A stretch of DNA of 63,164 bases, filler included, from Octopus bimaculoides (Eukaryota): the NCBI RefSeq assembly GCF_001194135.2. It is 7 parts of 6 records of this genome, joined end to end, with 100 filler letters (N's around TTAATTAATTAA, not from the genome) between each part and the next. Parts side by side here need not be neighbours in the genome. Positions count along the whole stretch, not along the records: positions 1 to 18,971 come from NC_069005.1; 6 more parts are not named here. The stretch is one strand, 5' to 3'. The translations under genes were made by a program, and so were the position numbers. Below are positions 1-12,265 of the stretch, piece by piece. The notes under the pieces were generated by a model. That model searched no databases. It worked only from the letters and a program-made list of their open reading frames with translations, and had not been told where the DNA came from. How positions within the stretch are numbered: the first letter of the stretch is position 1; each line of letters opens with the position of its first letter.

Positions 1-54
1 AAGTAACCTGAAAGCTGTGTTGAGTGCAGTTGAGGACCTGAAACTGGCTCACAG
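1..54 (+). CDS. CTR9: CTR9 exon (5' part outside window), ...SNLKAVLSAVEDLKLAHR
   Basis: Matches the CTR9 C-terminal TPR-region motif SNLKEVLNAVKELELAHR as I recall it from the vertebrate protein; donor ag|gtaaac at 55, phase 2. Confidence 0.93.
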
Positions 55-128
55 GTAAACTCTTTACACAATAGCTCATCCTTATTGCCTGTGTCCAGAT
101 AAAGATGGTTGTGTATATCTGATCAGTT

Positions 129-164
<36 letters not shown>

Positions 165-847
165 CTCCTTTTTGGTGAAATATTGCAACCTGTTATTGTT
201 GTCATTTAACCCCCAAATCAACCTTGATCAAACAGGCCTTTTGATCAAAGATGTTTCATTAACAACCAATCCTTCTATTTTTTTTATTTTTTATCTAGAA
301 CTACATTCTGTGAATCCAGGGGTTTTCAACCATCTTTTACCTATGGATCCCTTTGATAGCTATTTTATTCTGGTGCCCCCTCCCCCCTATAGCTATTCAG
401 TGTTTAAAAACTATGCAATAGTTTTTTTATACAATAGACATACAATAGGAATACAAAATACAAAATGGCTGATAGTTAGCACGGTGAGACACACATAAGA
501 AAGAAGAAAGCAAAGGACCACTGATGAGGTCACAGAAGTGTGACGAAAGAACTCTGGCTGAAATAGGATTAATGTAATGTAATGTAATATAAAGCTGGAG
601 CAAATTAACACCAAATATACAGTGCGTGTGTTTTTATTGGCTAAACTGGCAATATCACCATCCCCAAGTACAACAACGTTTAAAAACTAGTTTTCTAGAA
701 ACTTCTTTCAAGATTCCTATTTTGTTTTTCACTTGTGTAAGTTATGTAAAATGTGAGAGCAAGAAACCTAATTGTTTTTCTTGCAATACATACAAATACA
801 TACATCTAAAGCAACATTTTTTCAAGGGTTCTTAAAATACTATTGTA

Positions 848-1050
848 GCTTTCCATGCTAGCATGGGTTGGACAATTTGACTGAGGACTGGTGAAACCAG
901 ATGGCTGCACCAGGCTCCAATCTCATTTGGCAGAGTTTCTACAGCTGGATGCCCTTCCTAACGCCAACCACTCAGAGAGTGTAGTGGGTGCTTTTACATG
1001 CCCCCGGCACGAAGGCCAGTCAGGCGGTACTGGCAACGACCTCGCTTCGA
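848..1050 (-). mobile_element. RTE-LINE 3' UTR copy (5'-truncated)
   Basis: ttccatgctagcatgggttggac...ctacagctggatgcccttcctaacgccaacc core, shared with the copy at 19370 that carries the RTE ORF end. Confidence 0.8.
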
Positions 1051-1294
1051 ATGTCCAACCAACGTAAATCTCTATCAGTGAGGATTTCTATTATACATGG
1101 CAGTCCATAAAGATCAAGTAGACAAATTACATGCTTAGCTGTATTTTGTTCATCCTTTCAGGGTTGATAACCTAAGTACCAGAGTGGTCAGTGTAATCAA
1201 CCAGTCCCTTTCCTCAACATTGCTGGCCTTGTGACAAAATTTGAAACCAGTATTTTACTGACTTGATGTTACCGTTGTTGTTTTTTTATTCCAG

Positions 1295-1366
1295 ATACTT
1301 CATGTATCTCGGTCAACATGGAGACCGTATGAAGTTTGACCTGGCACAAGCTGCCATAGAAGCAGG
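1295..1366 (+). CDS. CTR9: CTR9 exon (R)YFMYLGQHGDRMKFDLAQAAIEA(G)
   Basis: Acceptor tttttttattccag, donor gtaagg; similar to CTR9 [24 protein letters not shown]; phase 2 to phase 2. Confidence 0.93.
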
Positions 1367-1933
1367 GTAAGGCTTCCTATATTTGTCCTGTTTTTTTTTT
1401 TGTATTTTCTAGTGTCAGGGACACTCTGGCCTGGAAGATGCAACTCTAATTTTAACTTGAAAAATTTTGCCAAAAAGACAAACATAAAAACAAACTTTAC
1501 CAATATCTACTGTTGGTAATTTACCAACTTAGCAGCATTTCTTCTGCCCTTTCATTTTAAGTTCAAATTCCACCAAAATCACATAACCTTTCATCCTTTC
1601 AGGACTGATAAAATAAGTAGCAATCAAGTACTGGGGTCAGTGTAATGAACTAGACCCTCCCACAAAATTTCATACATTGTGCTTATATAGTAAAAAGGCT
1701 TTTATAACACTGTTGTAACTGTATGCTTTTTTAAAGAACTGATTCATGCTCTGTGAAAAAGATTTCAAGCTGAAATTGTAATGTCACTATAAAGTTATGA
1801 AGTTACAACTTCACAGTTTCGTTCGCTGCATTCAAACAAGGGTTGCTTATGTAGAAAATCTATTTTATATAATAGAGAGGTTTTGTGTGATAGCATTTTA
1901 ATAAAGTTTGCTGTTCTGGTTCTTGTTTTATAG

Positions 1934-2069
1934 GCAATGTCATGATTTGCTGAGCCAAGCCCAATACCATGTGGCCAGAGCACGACAGATCGATGAACAG
2001 GAGAAGGAAGTTAGGAAACAACAGGAGCAAGCCAGAGAAGCCCATCACCAGAAACAGCAACAGATCATT
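1934..2069 (+). CDS. CTR9: CTR9 exon [45 protein letters not shown]
   Basis: Near-identical to the CTR9 motif [17 protein letters not shown]; acceptor ttttatag, donor gtaagt. Confidence 0.95.
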
Positions 2070-2382
2070 GTAAGTTTTTCACATCTTGCATTTGTTATTA
2101 TTACCTCTGCCTTAGGAAAGGCAGAGGAATTGTTTTCAGTTGCATTTGTTTGTTTGCCCATGGACAAGATATCTTGAGAACCACTGGATGAATTCAGATG
2201 AAACTTTGAGGGATGTTTGGCCTCATGACTGGCATAAACTGATTAGATTTTGGGATCGATCCGGTACTGGACAAGGATTCTGGATTATTTTTCCTGTTTT
2301 TTTTAATATTTTTTTTTACTCATACTCTGGCTCCATATCTCTGTCAATAACTAATTCTCTCTCTGTCCTATTTTTTTTCAAG

Positions 2383-2511
2383 ATGGAAAGGCAGAAAGAG
2401 AAAGAAGAAAAGGAGAGACGTCTAGCAGAACAGCGTGCTGTTATTGTACAGAAGGCCAAGAAACTGGCTCAAGAGGTTGAAGCAGCCGAGGAGGAGAAAC
2501 CCAAACGCAAG
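2383..2511 (+). CDS. CTR9: CTR9 exon MERQKEKEEKERRLAEQRAVIVQKAKKLAQEVEAAEEEKPKRK (coiled coil)
   Basis: Acceptor ttttttttcaag, donor gtaaga; 129 nt, phase 0/0; matches the CTR9 charged 'LEQRAQYVEKTK' region. Confidence 0.9.
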
Positions 2512-2519
2512 GTAAGAAG

Positions 2520-2680
2520 TTTGCTTCCCAACCACACATGGTTTCGGGCTCAGTCCCACTACATGGCACCTTGGGTAAGTGTCTTCTACAATAGCCCCAG
2601 GTCGGTCAAAGCCTGAGGTGGAGGAAGAGAACTTGGTAGGTGGAAACTGAAAGAAGCCTGTTTTGTACATGTGTGCGTTA
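2520..2680 (+). mobile_element. SINE fragment (major tRNA-derived family of this window)
   Basis: gggctcagtcccact...ggcaccttgggtaagtgtcttctacaatagcc...ggaaactgaaagaagcc core repeated throughout the window. Confidence 0.7.
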
Positions 2681-2799
2681 CAGTTTCCTTGTCTTTGCAT
2701 CAAATGGTAGTTGTAAAATGATTGTTATTGTCATACAACCAGTGTTGTTCATTCCCAGTTTTCAGCAAAGACATTTCTGAGCATGGGAAACATTACCTT

Positions 2800-2905
2800 A
2801 CAAGTGAATGTTGGCAACAGGATGGGCATCTGACTGTAGAAAGTTTGCCTCGATAAACTCTGTCCAACCCATGCAAGCATGGAAAATGGTCATTAAAATT
2901 ATGAA
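2800..2905 (+). mobile_element. Degenerate RTE 3' UTR copy, opposite orientation to the other copies
   Basis: gtccaacccatgcaagcatggaaaa and gggcatctgactgtagaaa are the reverse complement of the RTE tail consensus. Confidence 0.65.
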
Positions 2906-3864
2906 AATCATATATATATATATATGTGGGTGGGTGGGTGTAAGAATGGGTTTCAGGGTTGAAAATGCACTGGCTTTTAAAACAAAATGCTTAAAATGCT
3001 TTTTTTTTTTTTTNNNNNNNNNNNNNNNNNNNNNNNNNNNNNNNNNNNNNNNNNNNNNNNNNNNNNNNNNNNNNTGTTTTACAAATTTATTAAAATCTCA
3101 TACCAGTTTCAACAATTTTTGTTTTTCAGTGGTAAATATATAAAAAAGTAAAAGTTTATGAGAAAATGAATGTACAGGACAAAATTTCATAGCAATAAAA
3201 TAAGCTAAAAAAAGAAAAAACCCAAATATTCAACGAAGTTCATGGTAATAGGAAATGATAAAAGTTGAAATGTTCGGATTTCATAATAATACTTGATTGA
3301 GAAGGGTTTGATAGGTTTCAAAGTAATAAGTTATATTAGCAATTAGGATAGGATGAAGTTTTAAAATAAGTAAAACAATTTTTACCAGTTCTGTCACAGT
3401 TTAGGAAGGAGAATTGTTCATCTCTTGCTCTGCTGCTGCTGGAAGCCATTTGTGTGTTCGAGATAAGTCTGCCAGATTACTAACCATAGGATCATAAGTT
3501 CAATCCTTATTACACACATTGTATTATATTACTGAGCAAGGCATTTTGCATTTCTTCATCCAAATTTCCATGTCTGAACAAAAGCCCATGATTTCTTACT
3601 AGTGTGAGAGCCTTTATGCATTGTTCAATCTGTTAGAAATAGTAGTTAAATTTCCCTCGAATTACACTATCATCATTAAAAAAAAACAGATATTTTAAAT
3701 AAGAAATAAGGTAGTCCTACATGCTGAAAAAGCAGGCTAGGATGGTTACAGATGCTTTCCAACATAGGTCTGCATGAAGCAAAACAACAGCAGCCATGTT
3801 TCACTGCCGTTTGATAGCCCAATGGACAATTGTCGGAATTACAAATTTCACTTGCCCTGCATCA

Positions 3865-4049
3865 TTAACCCATTAGTGTTTAAACTGGCCAGATGTGGCC
3901 TCTCGCACCAACCCTATAATATCATTCTAAAAATTAACAGTTGCCTCATCAAAATCTCAGAGCTATAAGATAATGTATAATTAATTCAAAAGAGTGTGAA
4001 TAAATAAGCAGAACATTTGACAGAATAATCTGAAGGCTAAAGGGTTTAA
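3865..4049. mobile_element. TTAA-bounded MITE (piggyBac-like ends)
   Basis: ttaacccattag...ctaaagggtttaa inverted ends; similar to 30628-30855. Confidence 0.65.
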
Positions 4050-4054
4050 GTTGA

Positions 4055-4340
4055 CCAAATTAAGGGCCAGCTATGAGTATCTCCCCTTATTCTCAAACCG
4101 GACCAAATTAATTCTCACAAAACAAAATTAAGGCCAGTATTGGGTCTGTCACCCAAACTTCACACCCAGTTAAATTAGGGCTAGCTCTGGGTCTCTGCCC
4201 CGATTCTCATACCCAGTTAAATTAGGGCTAGCTGTGGGTCTCTGCCCCAATTCTCACACCTAACTAAATTAAGACCAGTTGTAGGTCTCTGCCCCAATTC
4301 TCACACCCAGTTAAATTAGGGCTAGCTGTGGGTCCCTGCT
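4055..4340. repeat. 47-bp minisatellite, about 6 units
   Basis: cccagttaaattagggctagct(g/c)tgggtctctgcccc(a/g)attctcaca repeated in tandem. Confidence 0.9.
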
Positions 4341-4424
4341 CAGTCTTCATATGCCGTTTAATAGGAGGAGGAATCTTTTTTAAAAAATGTTTTTCTTTTT
4401 TTTTCTTTTTTTTTTTTTTCACAG

Positions 4425-4570
4425 AAAAAGAAATATGACGATGAGATCGTGACAGATGGTTCCGGTGATGAAATGCCACGTAAGAAGAAGAGACGTAAGG
4501 GTGGCGGCAGTGGATCAGAAGAGATGGGATCTGATGGCGAAATGAAGAAGAAGGTGAAACGAAAGAGAAG
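4425..4570 (+). CDS. CTR9: CTR9 exon KKKYDDEIVTDGSGDEMPRKKKRRKGGGSGSEEMGSDGEMKKKVKRKR(R), basic NLS-like
   Basis: Long poly-T tract then cacag acceptor, donor gttggt; matches CTR9 KKKKRRKGSGSE; phase 0 to phase 2. Confidence 0.88.
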
Positions 4571-5289
4571 GTTGGTGATTATGATGATGATGATGATGAT
4601 GTTGTTGAATAAGTTACATTGGATGTTATCTGTGATGCTAGTGATGCGGTGATGATAGGCATGAGTGAAAGATGGTGAGAATCAGATATAGATAATGGGG
4701 AGGGAGTAAGACTAACGACAGTGATGGACAAAGGTGTTTATCTGTTGCTGATGATGATGAGGGTGGGGTTTTGGTGACAACAGTGTATAACATTTTTTTT
4801 TTTTTGTGTGTATGTGTGTCGGTAAGTGTTTTTTCTGTTCCCTTCAAACTTTGCTTTTCTGACCTGGATATTAATGTTTTGAAACAGACTTATTTTCCAT
4901 TACATTTCAAACAGATTCAGCACAGAGTTGCTGAAGCAGAAATATCGTTATGGCAAATATTCTGCTCAATACCACAGATTTACTTGTCAGTTGCTTGACC
5001 TGAAACCAGTTGAGCATGTCCCTTAGTGGCTGACGATATGTGCATCTCTGATCATGAGCAGAAGTAGTGGGGGAGCATCATAGCCATGTGTTGAGAGGGA
5101 TTCTTTGGGATTTGAATAAATGTAAGAAAAGCAAAGTTTGAAGGAAATATTAACCATTTCTCATATTTTCTAGCAGTAAGCAAATAGGAAATAACAGTTG
5201 CTACCTAAGGATAATAATTGTATTACACAGTGTGACCAAAGCTGGCAAAAGTTATGATACGAATAATCTTTTCTACTCTAAACACAAAG

Positions 5290-5605
5290 CCCAAAATGTT
5301 TGTGGGGAGGTGGTCAGTCAATTAGATCGACCCCAGTATGCAACTGGTGCGTAATTTATCAACCCTGAAAGGATGAAAGGCCAACCAAAACCTCCTGAGT
5401 GGATGATTGAAACTGAAAAAAGCCTGTCATATATGTGTGTGTGTCTGGTTGTCCCCCCCCCCATCACTGCTTGATAACCAGTGTTGGTGTGTTTACGTCC
5501 CTGTAACTTAGCAGTTTGACAAAAGAGACCAACAGAATAAGTGCTAGACTCAAGGAAAAAATCCTGGGCTTGATTTGTTCAACTGAAACAAGTAAAAGAA
5601 TAAAA
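5290..5605 (+). mobile_element. Composite SINE fragments
   Basis: gaccccagtatgcaactggt...gaaaggatgaaagg, then gtggat...gaaactgaaa...gtccccccc catcactgcttgataacc...gaataagt...gaaacaagtaaaaga. Confidence 0.7.
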
Positions 5606-5736
5606 GAACATACATGCTAATACCTACTTTATGAAATGTGTAACCTCTGCCTCCACTGTGTGATGTGATGGAAATTGGTGGCGTCAGCTCTGTGAGTATT
5701 TCTTCCCTAAATTGTCTTAACTTTCTTTGATTTCAG

Positions 5737-5919
5737 GCCACCGAAAGAGCCGCGTCAGCGAAGACCCCGCCAACTGAAGGAGTCGAAAAGGAAACTCCGA
5801 TTGGAGGAGGATGATGGCTTGACAGCTAAACAGAGGCGTAAAGTTGTGTCGAAGGCACTCATTTCCTCAAGCGAAGGCAGTGATTCTGATGATGGAGAAA
5901 AACTACAGATTGACGAAAA
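5737..5919 (+). CDS. CTR9: CTR9 exon PPKEPRQRRPRQLKESKRKLRLEEDDGLTAKQRRKVVSKALISSSEGSDSDDGEKLQIDE(K)
   Basis: Acceptor tttcag, donor gttagt; SKALISSS..SD..KLQI matches CTR9 [20 protein letters not shown]; phase 2/2. Confidence 0.9.
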
Positions 5920-6194
5920 GTTAGTTGCTGTCTTCATTTATTATATATATATATACACTTGGTGTTTTTCTTTGATGTCTTAAAATTTATGTAGGAAGTT
6001 TTTAGCTTCTGTGTCTCTCATCTCTGTCTGTCCATGTGAACTAGATTAGCATTAATCAGGTTACCCAAGAAAAGTTAGTATCTATCTCCATTTATTATAC
6101 AGGGTGTCCACAAAGTCTAGGTACATGGAGTAAATGAAATCATAACATAAACAATTAAATATAAGAAGTAATAATCTCATATATGTTGTGTGTG

Positions 6195-6543
6195 TTGGCA
6201 CTCCGTCGCTTACGACGTTGAGGGTTCCAGTTGATCCGATCAACGGAACAGCCAGCTCGTGAAATTAACGTGCAAGTGGCTGAGCACTCCACAGACACGT
6301 GTACCCTTAACGTAGTTCTCGGGGATATTCAGCGTGACACAGTGTGACAAGGCTGGCCCCTTTGAATTACAGGCACAATAGAAACAGGAAGTAAGAGTGA
6401 GAGAAAGTTGTGGAGGAAGAGTACAGCAGGGTTCGCCACCATCCCCTGCCGGAGCCTCATGGAGCTTTAGGTGTTTTCGCTCAATAAACACTCACAACGC
6501 CCGGCCTGGGAATTGTGACCACGAGTCCGCTGCCCTAACCACT
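6195..6543 (-). mobile_element. tRNA-headed SINE, little diverged
   Basis: The minus strand starts agtggttagggcagcggactcgtggtc (A-box-like); CpGs are retained; the gtgacaaggctggccc motif recurs degenerate near 31925. Confidence 0.7.
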
Positions 6544-7249
6544 NNNNNNNNNNNNNNNNNNNNNNNNNNNNNNNNNNNNNNNNNNNNNNNNNNNNNNNNN
6601 NNNNNNNNNNNNNNNNNNNNNNNNNNNNNNNNNNNNNNNNNNNNNNNNNNNNNNNNNNNNNNNNNNNNNNNNNNNNNNNNNNNNNNNNNNNNNNNNNNNN
6701 NNNNNNNNNNNNNNNNNNNNNNNNNNNNNNNNNNNNNNNNNNNNNNNNNNNNNNNNNNNNNNNNNNNNNNNNNNNNNNNNNNNNNNNNNNNNNNNNNNNN
6801 NNNNNNNNNNNNNNNNNNNNNNNNNNNNNNNNNNNNNNNNNNNNNNNNNNNNNNNNNNNNNNNNNNNNNNNNNNNNNNNNNNNNNNNNNNNNNNNNNNNN
6901 NNNNNNNNNNNNNNNNNNNNNNNNNNNNNNNNNNNNNNNNNNNNNNNNNNNNNNNNNNNNNNNNNNNNNNNNNNNNNNNNNNNNNNNNNNNNNNNNNNNN
7001 NNNNNNNNNNNNNNNNNNNNNNNNNNNNNNNNNNNNNNNNNNNNNNNNNNNNNNNNNNNNNNNNNNNNNNNNNNNNNNNNNNNNNNNNNNNNNNNNNNNN
7101 NNNNNNNNNNNNNNNNNNNNNNNNNNNNNNNNNNNNNNNNNNNNNNNNNNNNNNNNNNNNNNNNNNNNNNNNNNNNNNNNNNNNNNNNNNNNNNNNNNNN
7201 NNNNNNNNNNNNNNNNNNTTGAAATGTGTGCACATGTACACACACATCA

Positions 7250-7460
7250 ATTGCTTCCCAACTACGTGGTTCCAATTTCAGACCCACTGCGTTGCCCACC
7301 TCGGGCAAGTGTCTTCTATAGCCTCAGGCCAACCAAAAACCGCGTGAGTGGATTTGGTAGACGGAAACTGAAAGAAGCCCGTCGTATATGTGTTTGTGTG
7401 TCTGGTTGTCTCCCCCCCCCCATCACTGCTTGATAACCAGTGTTGGTGCACTTGTCTCTT
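7250..7460 (+). mobile_element. SINE (major family)
   Basis: gggcaagtgtcttctatagcc...gagtggatttggtagacggaaactgaaagaagcccgtcg. Confidence 0.75.
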
Positions 7461-8411
7461 TTTGCTCGCCATTGTCAGCCTATCAAGACAATCCAAGGTG
7501 ATTTGTAGCATGGATGCAAGGCATTTGTACCGATTCTTGAAAGGAAGAAAGAAGAGCATATTAGATAGTGTTGTAGATGGTTTGGTCGTGATGGGGTTGT
7601 CTTAGAGTCAGGAGCGTCCGAGTGCAGATCATCCTGAGGATGTAGGGATACAAAGTAAGAAGTTTGCTTTACAACTACGGGTTTCCAGTTGAATCTCACT
7701 TTACGGCACCTTGAGCAAGTGTCTTCTACTCAAGCTTTGTGTGTTGCATGGAATTTGATAGATGGAAACCGTGTGGAAGCCTCTTGAATGGTAGACTTAA
7801 TTCGTCACCTACTTAAAACTACTGCTTGACTCTTGGGTGCCTTAATAGAGTCTCTTGCAAAGACTCGAGCCAAGTCAGAGTTCTGAGGATCATTTTCTCC
7901 CATTTGTCTCAGAATCTCGGTGCTGACCAAGTTATGTACAAAAAGAAATATAGAACTACGTTACCCTTCCTGCCTGCCTTCAAGACAGGAGAATTTGATT
8001 CGATGGAGATTTAGCTACAACTCATTTTTTTTTTACCATATTTATGTTGAAATACACTGCTTTTATTTTAATTAATTTTGAAAATAATGAAGAATTTAGT
8101 AATATAACGATGTCGTTATGAAGTTGGTGTTTAGAACATAAATTAGCACGGAATTTTGACGGAAGATTTTTAATTAATTAAAACGGGAAGTTTCTATTAT
8201 AGAACCAGGGGCAGTCTAGTATCAGAAGGGTTAAGGACTCCCTTATTAGCTCATATGATGAAGAGTTGTGATTTTTGTGTAGTTCCTGGTCAGTTGCTTA
8301 CACAGGGCAGCCCCGGTTAATCAGCTGAATAACAAGGTGCAACCCCCACAACCATCTTTCTAGATATTTTGTCTCCACTTCACTGAGAATCATAGTGCAT
8401 ACTCCAACATA

Positions 8412-8585
8412 CATCATTGTCATCATTTAATGTTCACTTACCATGCTGGCATGGGTTGAACTGTTTGACCATAGCTAGTAAGGCCAAGGGCCGCACCAGA
8501 CTCCATTGTCTCTTCTGGCATGGTTTCTATGCCTGGATACACTTTACAGTGTATATTGGGTGCTTTTTATGTTCCACCAGCATCA
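8412..8585 (-). mobile_element. Degenerate RTE 3' UTR copy
   Basis: catcatttaatgttcacttaccatgctggcatgggttg motif. Confidence 0.6.
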
Positions 8586-8829
8586 GTGCTTTTAAATCAT
8601 TAATGCATAGCTCCAGAAAAATGGACACAGGAAAAATTACTATTGCTTGTTAAGTAAACTACCTATTGAGCTTATATTTGGTATAGTCTGCCTCTAAACT
8701 AGTGCTCTGTGAGTGAGCAGGCGCTGCATACAAACAAACCAACTATACACACGTATGAAACAAGTAATAGCAATTTTTCCTACATCCATTTTTCTGGACA
8801 CTATGCATTAATGAGTTAACGTGGTACCA

Positions 8830-9345
8830 GCCACATAGCTTCTTCTTCTTGCCTTTCACCCTCCAACGCGGAGTATAGGCCACTTATAATTGAATTCCAT
8901 GTCGCATAATTTCTCGCTTCTGTACTTATACTCTGCCATGAATGTCCCCCTTTCTCTAGTTCCTTTTGTGTTGATCTACGCCACGAGTTCTTAGGCCTAC
9001 CCCTCTTTCTATATCCATCCGGATTCCACTGTAAAGCACTTTTCGCTGCATTTGGTGTGTCCTTTCTAATTGTGCTACCAATCCACTTCCATTTTTTCTT
9101 AAATATCTGCTCTCTAATCGGAACTTGATTTGTTCTTTGCCATAACTCCATATTGCTTACGTGTTCGGGCCATCTGATTTTAAGTATACTACGCAAGCAC
9201 CTGTTGATGAATGATTGTATTTGCTTATTTGACTTAACTGTTGTTCGCCATGTCTCAGCCCCATACAATAACACCGCCTTTACGTTAGTGTTAAAAATTC
9301 TTATTTTGTTCTTTATTGAAATTACACTTGCGCTCCATCCTTTTT
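8830..9345 (-). mobile_element. 5'-truncated RTE-clade LINE (C-terminal part of RT ORF), antisense in a CTR9 intron
   Basis: Open frame KIRIFNTNVKAVLLYGAETW...RCLRSILKIRWPEHVSNMELWQRT...WKWIG...ALQWNPDGYRKRGRPKNSWRRS, typical of RTE C-termini; short (GAA)n tail. Confidence 0.9.
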
Positions 9346-9419
9346 TTCACACCCACAGAGCAGTAATGAATTATTTGTACAGAGATGCAGTGTGACTGGA
9401 CAGCTTCTCTCTATTTCCT

Positions 9420-9670
9420 GGTCTGTTTCTTATTTCGTTATTGCCCACAAGGGGCTACACATAGAGGGGACAAACAAGGACAGACAATAGGATTAAGTCG
9501 ATTATATTGACCCCAGTGCATAACTGGTACTTAACTTAATTTATTGACCCCAAAAGGATGAAAGACAAAGTCGACCGCAGTGGAATTTGAACTCAGAACG
9601 TAACGGCAGACGAAATACCGCTAAGCATTTCGCCTGACATGCTAACGTTTCTGCCAGCTCACCGCCTTAA
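9420..9670 (-). mobile_element. tRNA-derived SINE (second family)
   Basis: The minus strand starts ggcggtgagctggcagaaacgttagcatg; gttctgagttcaaattcc B-box-like; related copies near 39.5, 44.9, 59.4 and 60.6 kb. Confidence 0.7.
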
Positions 9671-9807
9671 CTTCCTGGTCTGTTTCTGTATTCCTGCAAA
9701 TACTGCAGAGGTGTTGATGTGTGGTGTGGTGTGCCTGAATTACTAATGAATTGTTTCAGTATTTAGCTTGTGTCGTATCTGATGGTCATCTTGTTCCTTT
9801 CTTTCAG

Positions 9808-10504
9808 GGGAGACGACAGCAGCACCGAGGGCCGGTCGAAGCAGCGTNNNNNNNNNNNNNNNNNNNNNNNNNNNNNNNNNNNNNNNNNNNNNNNNNNNNN
9901 NNNNNNNNNNNNNNNNNNNNNNNNNNNNNNNNNNNNNNNNNNNNNNNNNNNNNNNNNNNNNNNNNNNNNNNNNNNNNNNNNNNNNNNNNNNNNNNNNNNN
10001 NNNNNNNNNNNNNNNNNNNNNNNNNNNNNNNNNNNNNNNNNNNNNNNNNNNNNNNNNNNNNNNNNNNNNNNNNNNNNNNNNNNNNNNNNNNNNNNNNNNN
10101 NNNNNNNNNNNNNNNNNNNNNNNNNNNNNNNNNNNNNNNNNNNNNNNNNNNNNNNNNNNNNNNNNNNNNNNNNNNNNNNNNNNNNNNNNNNNNNNNNNNN
10201 NNNNNNNNNNNNNNNNNNNNNNNNNNNNNNNNNNGGGCGTGGACGTGTCCGGCGCCAGAAGCAGAAGAGGAAGAGGAATAGCAGCAGTAGCAGTGGCAGT
10301 GGTGACGGTGGCGACAGGTCATCTGGTGCTGAAAGTGGCGGCGGCGGCGGCGGAGGCGGCAGCGGCAGTGGCAGCGAGGGCGGCGGCGGCGGTGGTAGCC
10401 CTGTAGCTACATCTCGTGCAGGAGGAGACAGTGGAAGTGCCAGTCCATCAGGTGGTGCTGCCAACAGCAAGGCAAGCAACTCTGATGATGACGACTCAGA
10501 TTGA
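9808..10504 (+). CDS. CTR9: CTR9 terminal exon(s), Ser/Gly/Arg low-complexity tail ending SDDDDSD*; interrupted by N gap 9848-10234
   Basis: Acceptor ccttttctttcag-type tract, phase 2 fits the previous donor; terminus resembles CTR9 ...GSDDSD*; TGA at 10502-10504. Gap content is unknown and may hide an intron. Confidence 0.8.
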
Positions 10505-11524
10505 GTTGTGTCCCTTGTTATCCTCTCCTTCCTCTCTTTCCTCCTCTCTCTTTCTTTCACCTCAGACTGAGAAATTCGCATCATTTATCTTACATCCGCT
10601 GTTTTAATCACAGCTCTGTAAATCTGCCTTCTCCTCCCTTCCACCCTAAAGAACTATATAAACTGTATACTGTGAGGACCTCAGACCTCCACTTTCCATA
10701 TTACTTCTCATTCACAAACGCACACACATCTATGTAGATGCATACATTGATGTATATATATATATATGGGAGAATGTACGAAAAAAAACACAACAGACGA
10801 GGACAGGTGGTGTAAACAACAAAAGGATGTATTAGTATGACGCTCGGGAATACGGAAAGTCTTTAACGTTTCGAGCTACGCTCTTCAACAGAAAGAATAC
10901 GGAGAAAACAAGGAGAAAAACACGGAGAAAAAAAATTGAATGGTGTTTGGTCAACGATCTATCATATATATATATATACATACATACACACTCACACGTT
11001 TAACATAGATGCATAATATCAAAGTGCATTCACCAACAAGTGCACATACACACACACACACATACATACATACATTCATATATATATATGTGTGTGTGTG
11101 TTTGATTCTGGTAATTCCGTCTCATTGTTATTCAGTTTCACACACAATGCAATCTTTCAGGTGACAAGAAAACATACTCCACGAACATGTATTGAGTACT
11201 TTATCTGTTGTTTGTAAAACAAAGTGTGCGTGTGTGTGTAGAGAGAGAGAGAGAGAGAACAGTCATGGGCCACATGCAACAAGCAGGACTTTGATTGTCA
11301 CACCTAAAAATAAAAAATTGTCTCAAATTTATTTGTTTTGTGGTTTATCTGATGTTGAGTCGTGTCTCCAGCGGCCCACTGATTTTCCCCACCATGCCTG
11401 GTTTACAGAATTACTTGTGAAGTTAAGATGACTCGTTAATGACTACATCAAGACAACTATCATATGTCTGTCTATCACTGCAGATAACTAACTCAGTTGA
11501 TTAGCTACAACAGGTACATCTCTC

Positions 11525-11543
11525 CCATATATATGTATGTATG

Positions 11544-11574
<31 letters not shown>

Positions 11575-12070
11575 TTGTATTTATGTATGTATGTGTATAC
11601 ATATGTATGTATGTGTACATATATGTATAAATATATGTATGTATGAATATATGTATGTATACATGTGTATGTAAGTATGTATGTATATATATATCTATCT
11701 ATATATATGTGTGTGTGTGTATATATATATGTGTATATATATGTATGTATGAATATGTGTATGTATGTATATATATGTTTGTGTATGTATGTATATATAT
11801 GTTTATATATGTATGTATATATATGTTTATGTATGTATATGTATATGTATGTATATATATATGCATATGTATATATATGTATGTATATATATATATATGT
11901 ATGTATGTATATCTATATGTATATATGTATGTATGTGTATATATATGTATATATATGTATGTGTATGTATGTATATATATATATATTATATATGTATGTA
12001 TGCATATATTATTTATATATGTATGTATGCATATATTATTTATATATGTATGTATATTATATATATATGT
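11525..12070. repeat. Compound (TA)/(ATGT)/(TG) microsatellite
   Basis: Seen directly; the YV/YI-rich ORFs here are artefacts. Confidence 0.95.
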
Positions 12071-12084
12071 ATCTCTTTTATTTG

Positions 12085-12165
12085 TTTCAGTCATTTGACT
12101 TTGGCCATGCTGGAGCACCACCTTTATTTGAGCAAATCGACCCCAGGACTTATTCTTTGTAAGCC
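12085..12165 (-). mobile_element. SINE 3' end (major family)
   Basis: ttttatttgtttcagtcatttgactttggccatgctggagcacc...tcgaccccaggacttattctttgtaagcc. Confidence 0.7.
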
Positions 12166-12265
12166 NNNNNNNNNNNNNNNNNNNNNNNNNNNNNNNNNNN
12201 NNNNNNNNNNNNNNNNNNNNNNNNNNNNNNNNNNNNNNNNNNNNNNNNNNNNNNNNNNNNNNNNN

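Noticed and set aside
6397-7347. Long ORFs spanning N runs (also 23-25.5, 29.6 and 51.5 kb)
   Set aside because: Their length comes from X codons in gaps.
7590-7690. AG...GT-bounded, GC-richer segment as an extra CTR9 exon
   Set aside because: Stops in all three frames, and the flanking exons already join in phase.
11309-11314. AATAAA as the CTR9 poly(A) signal
   Set aside because: Plausible position but inside an A-run in AT-rich DNA; cannot be supported without 3'-end data.
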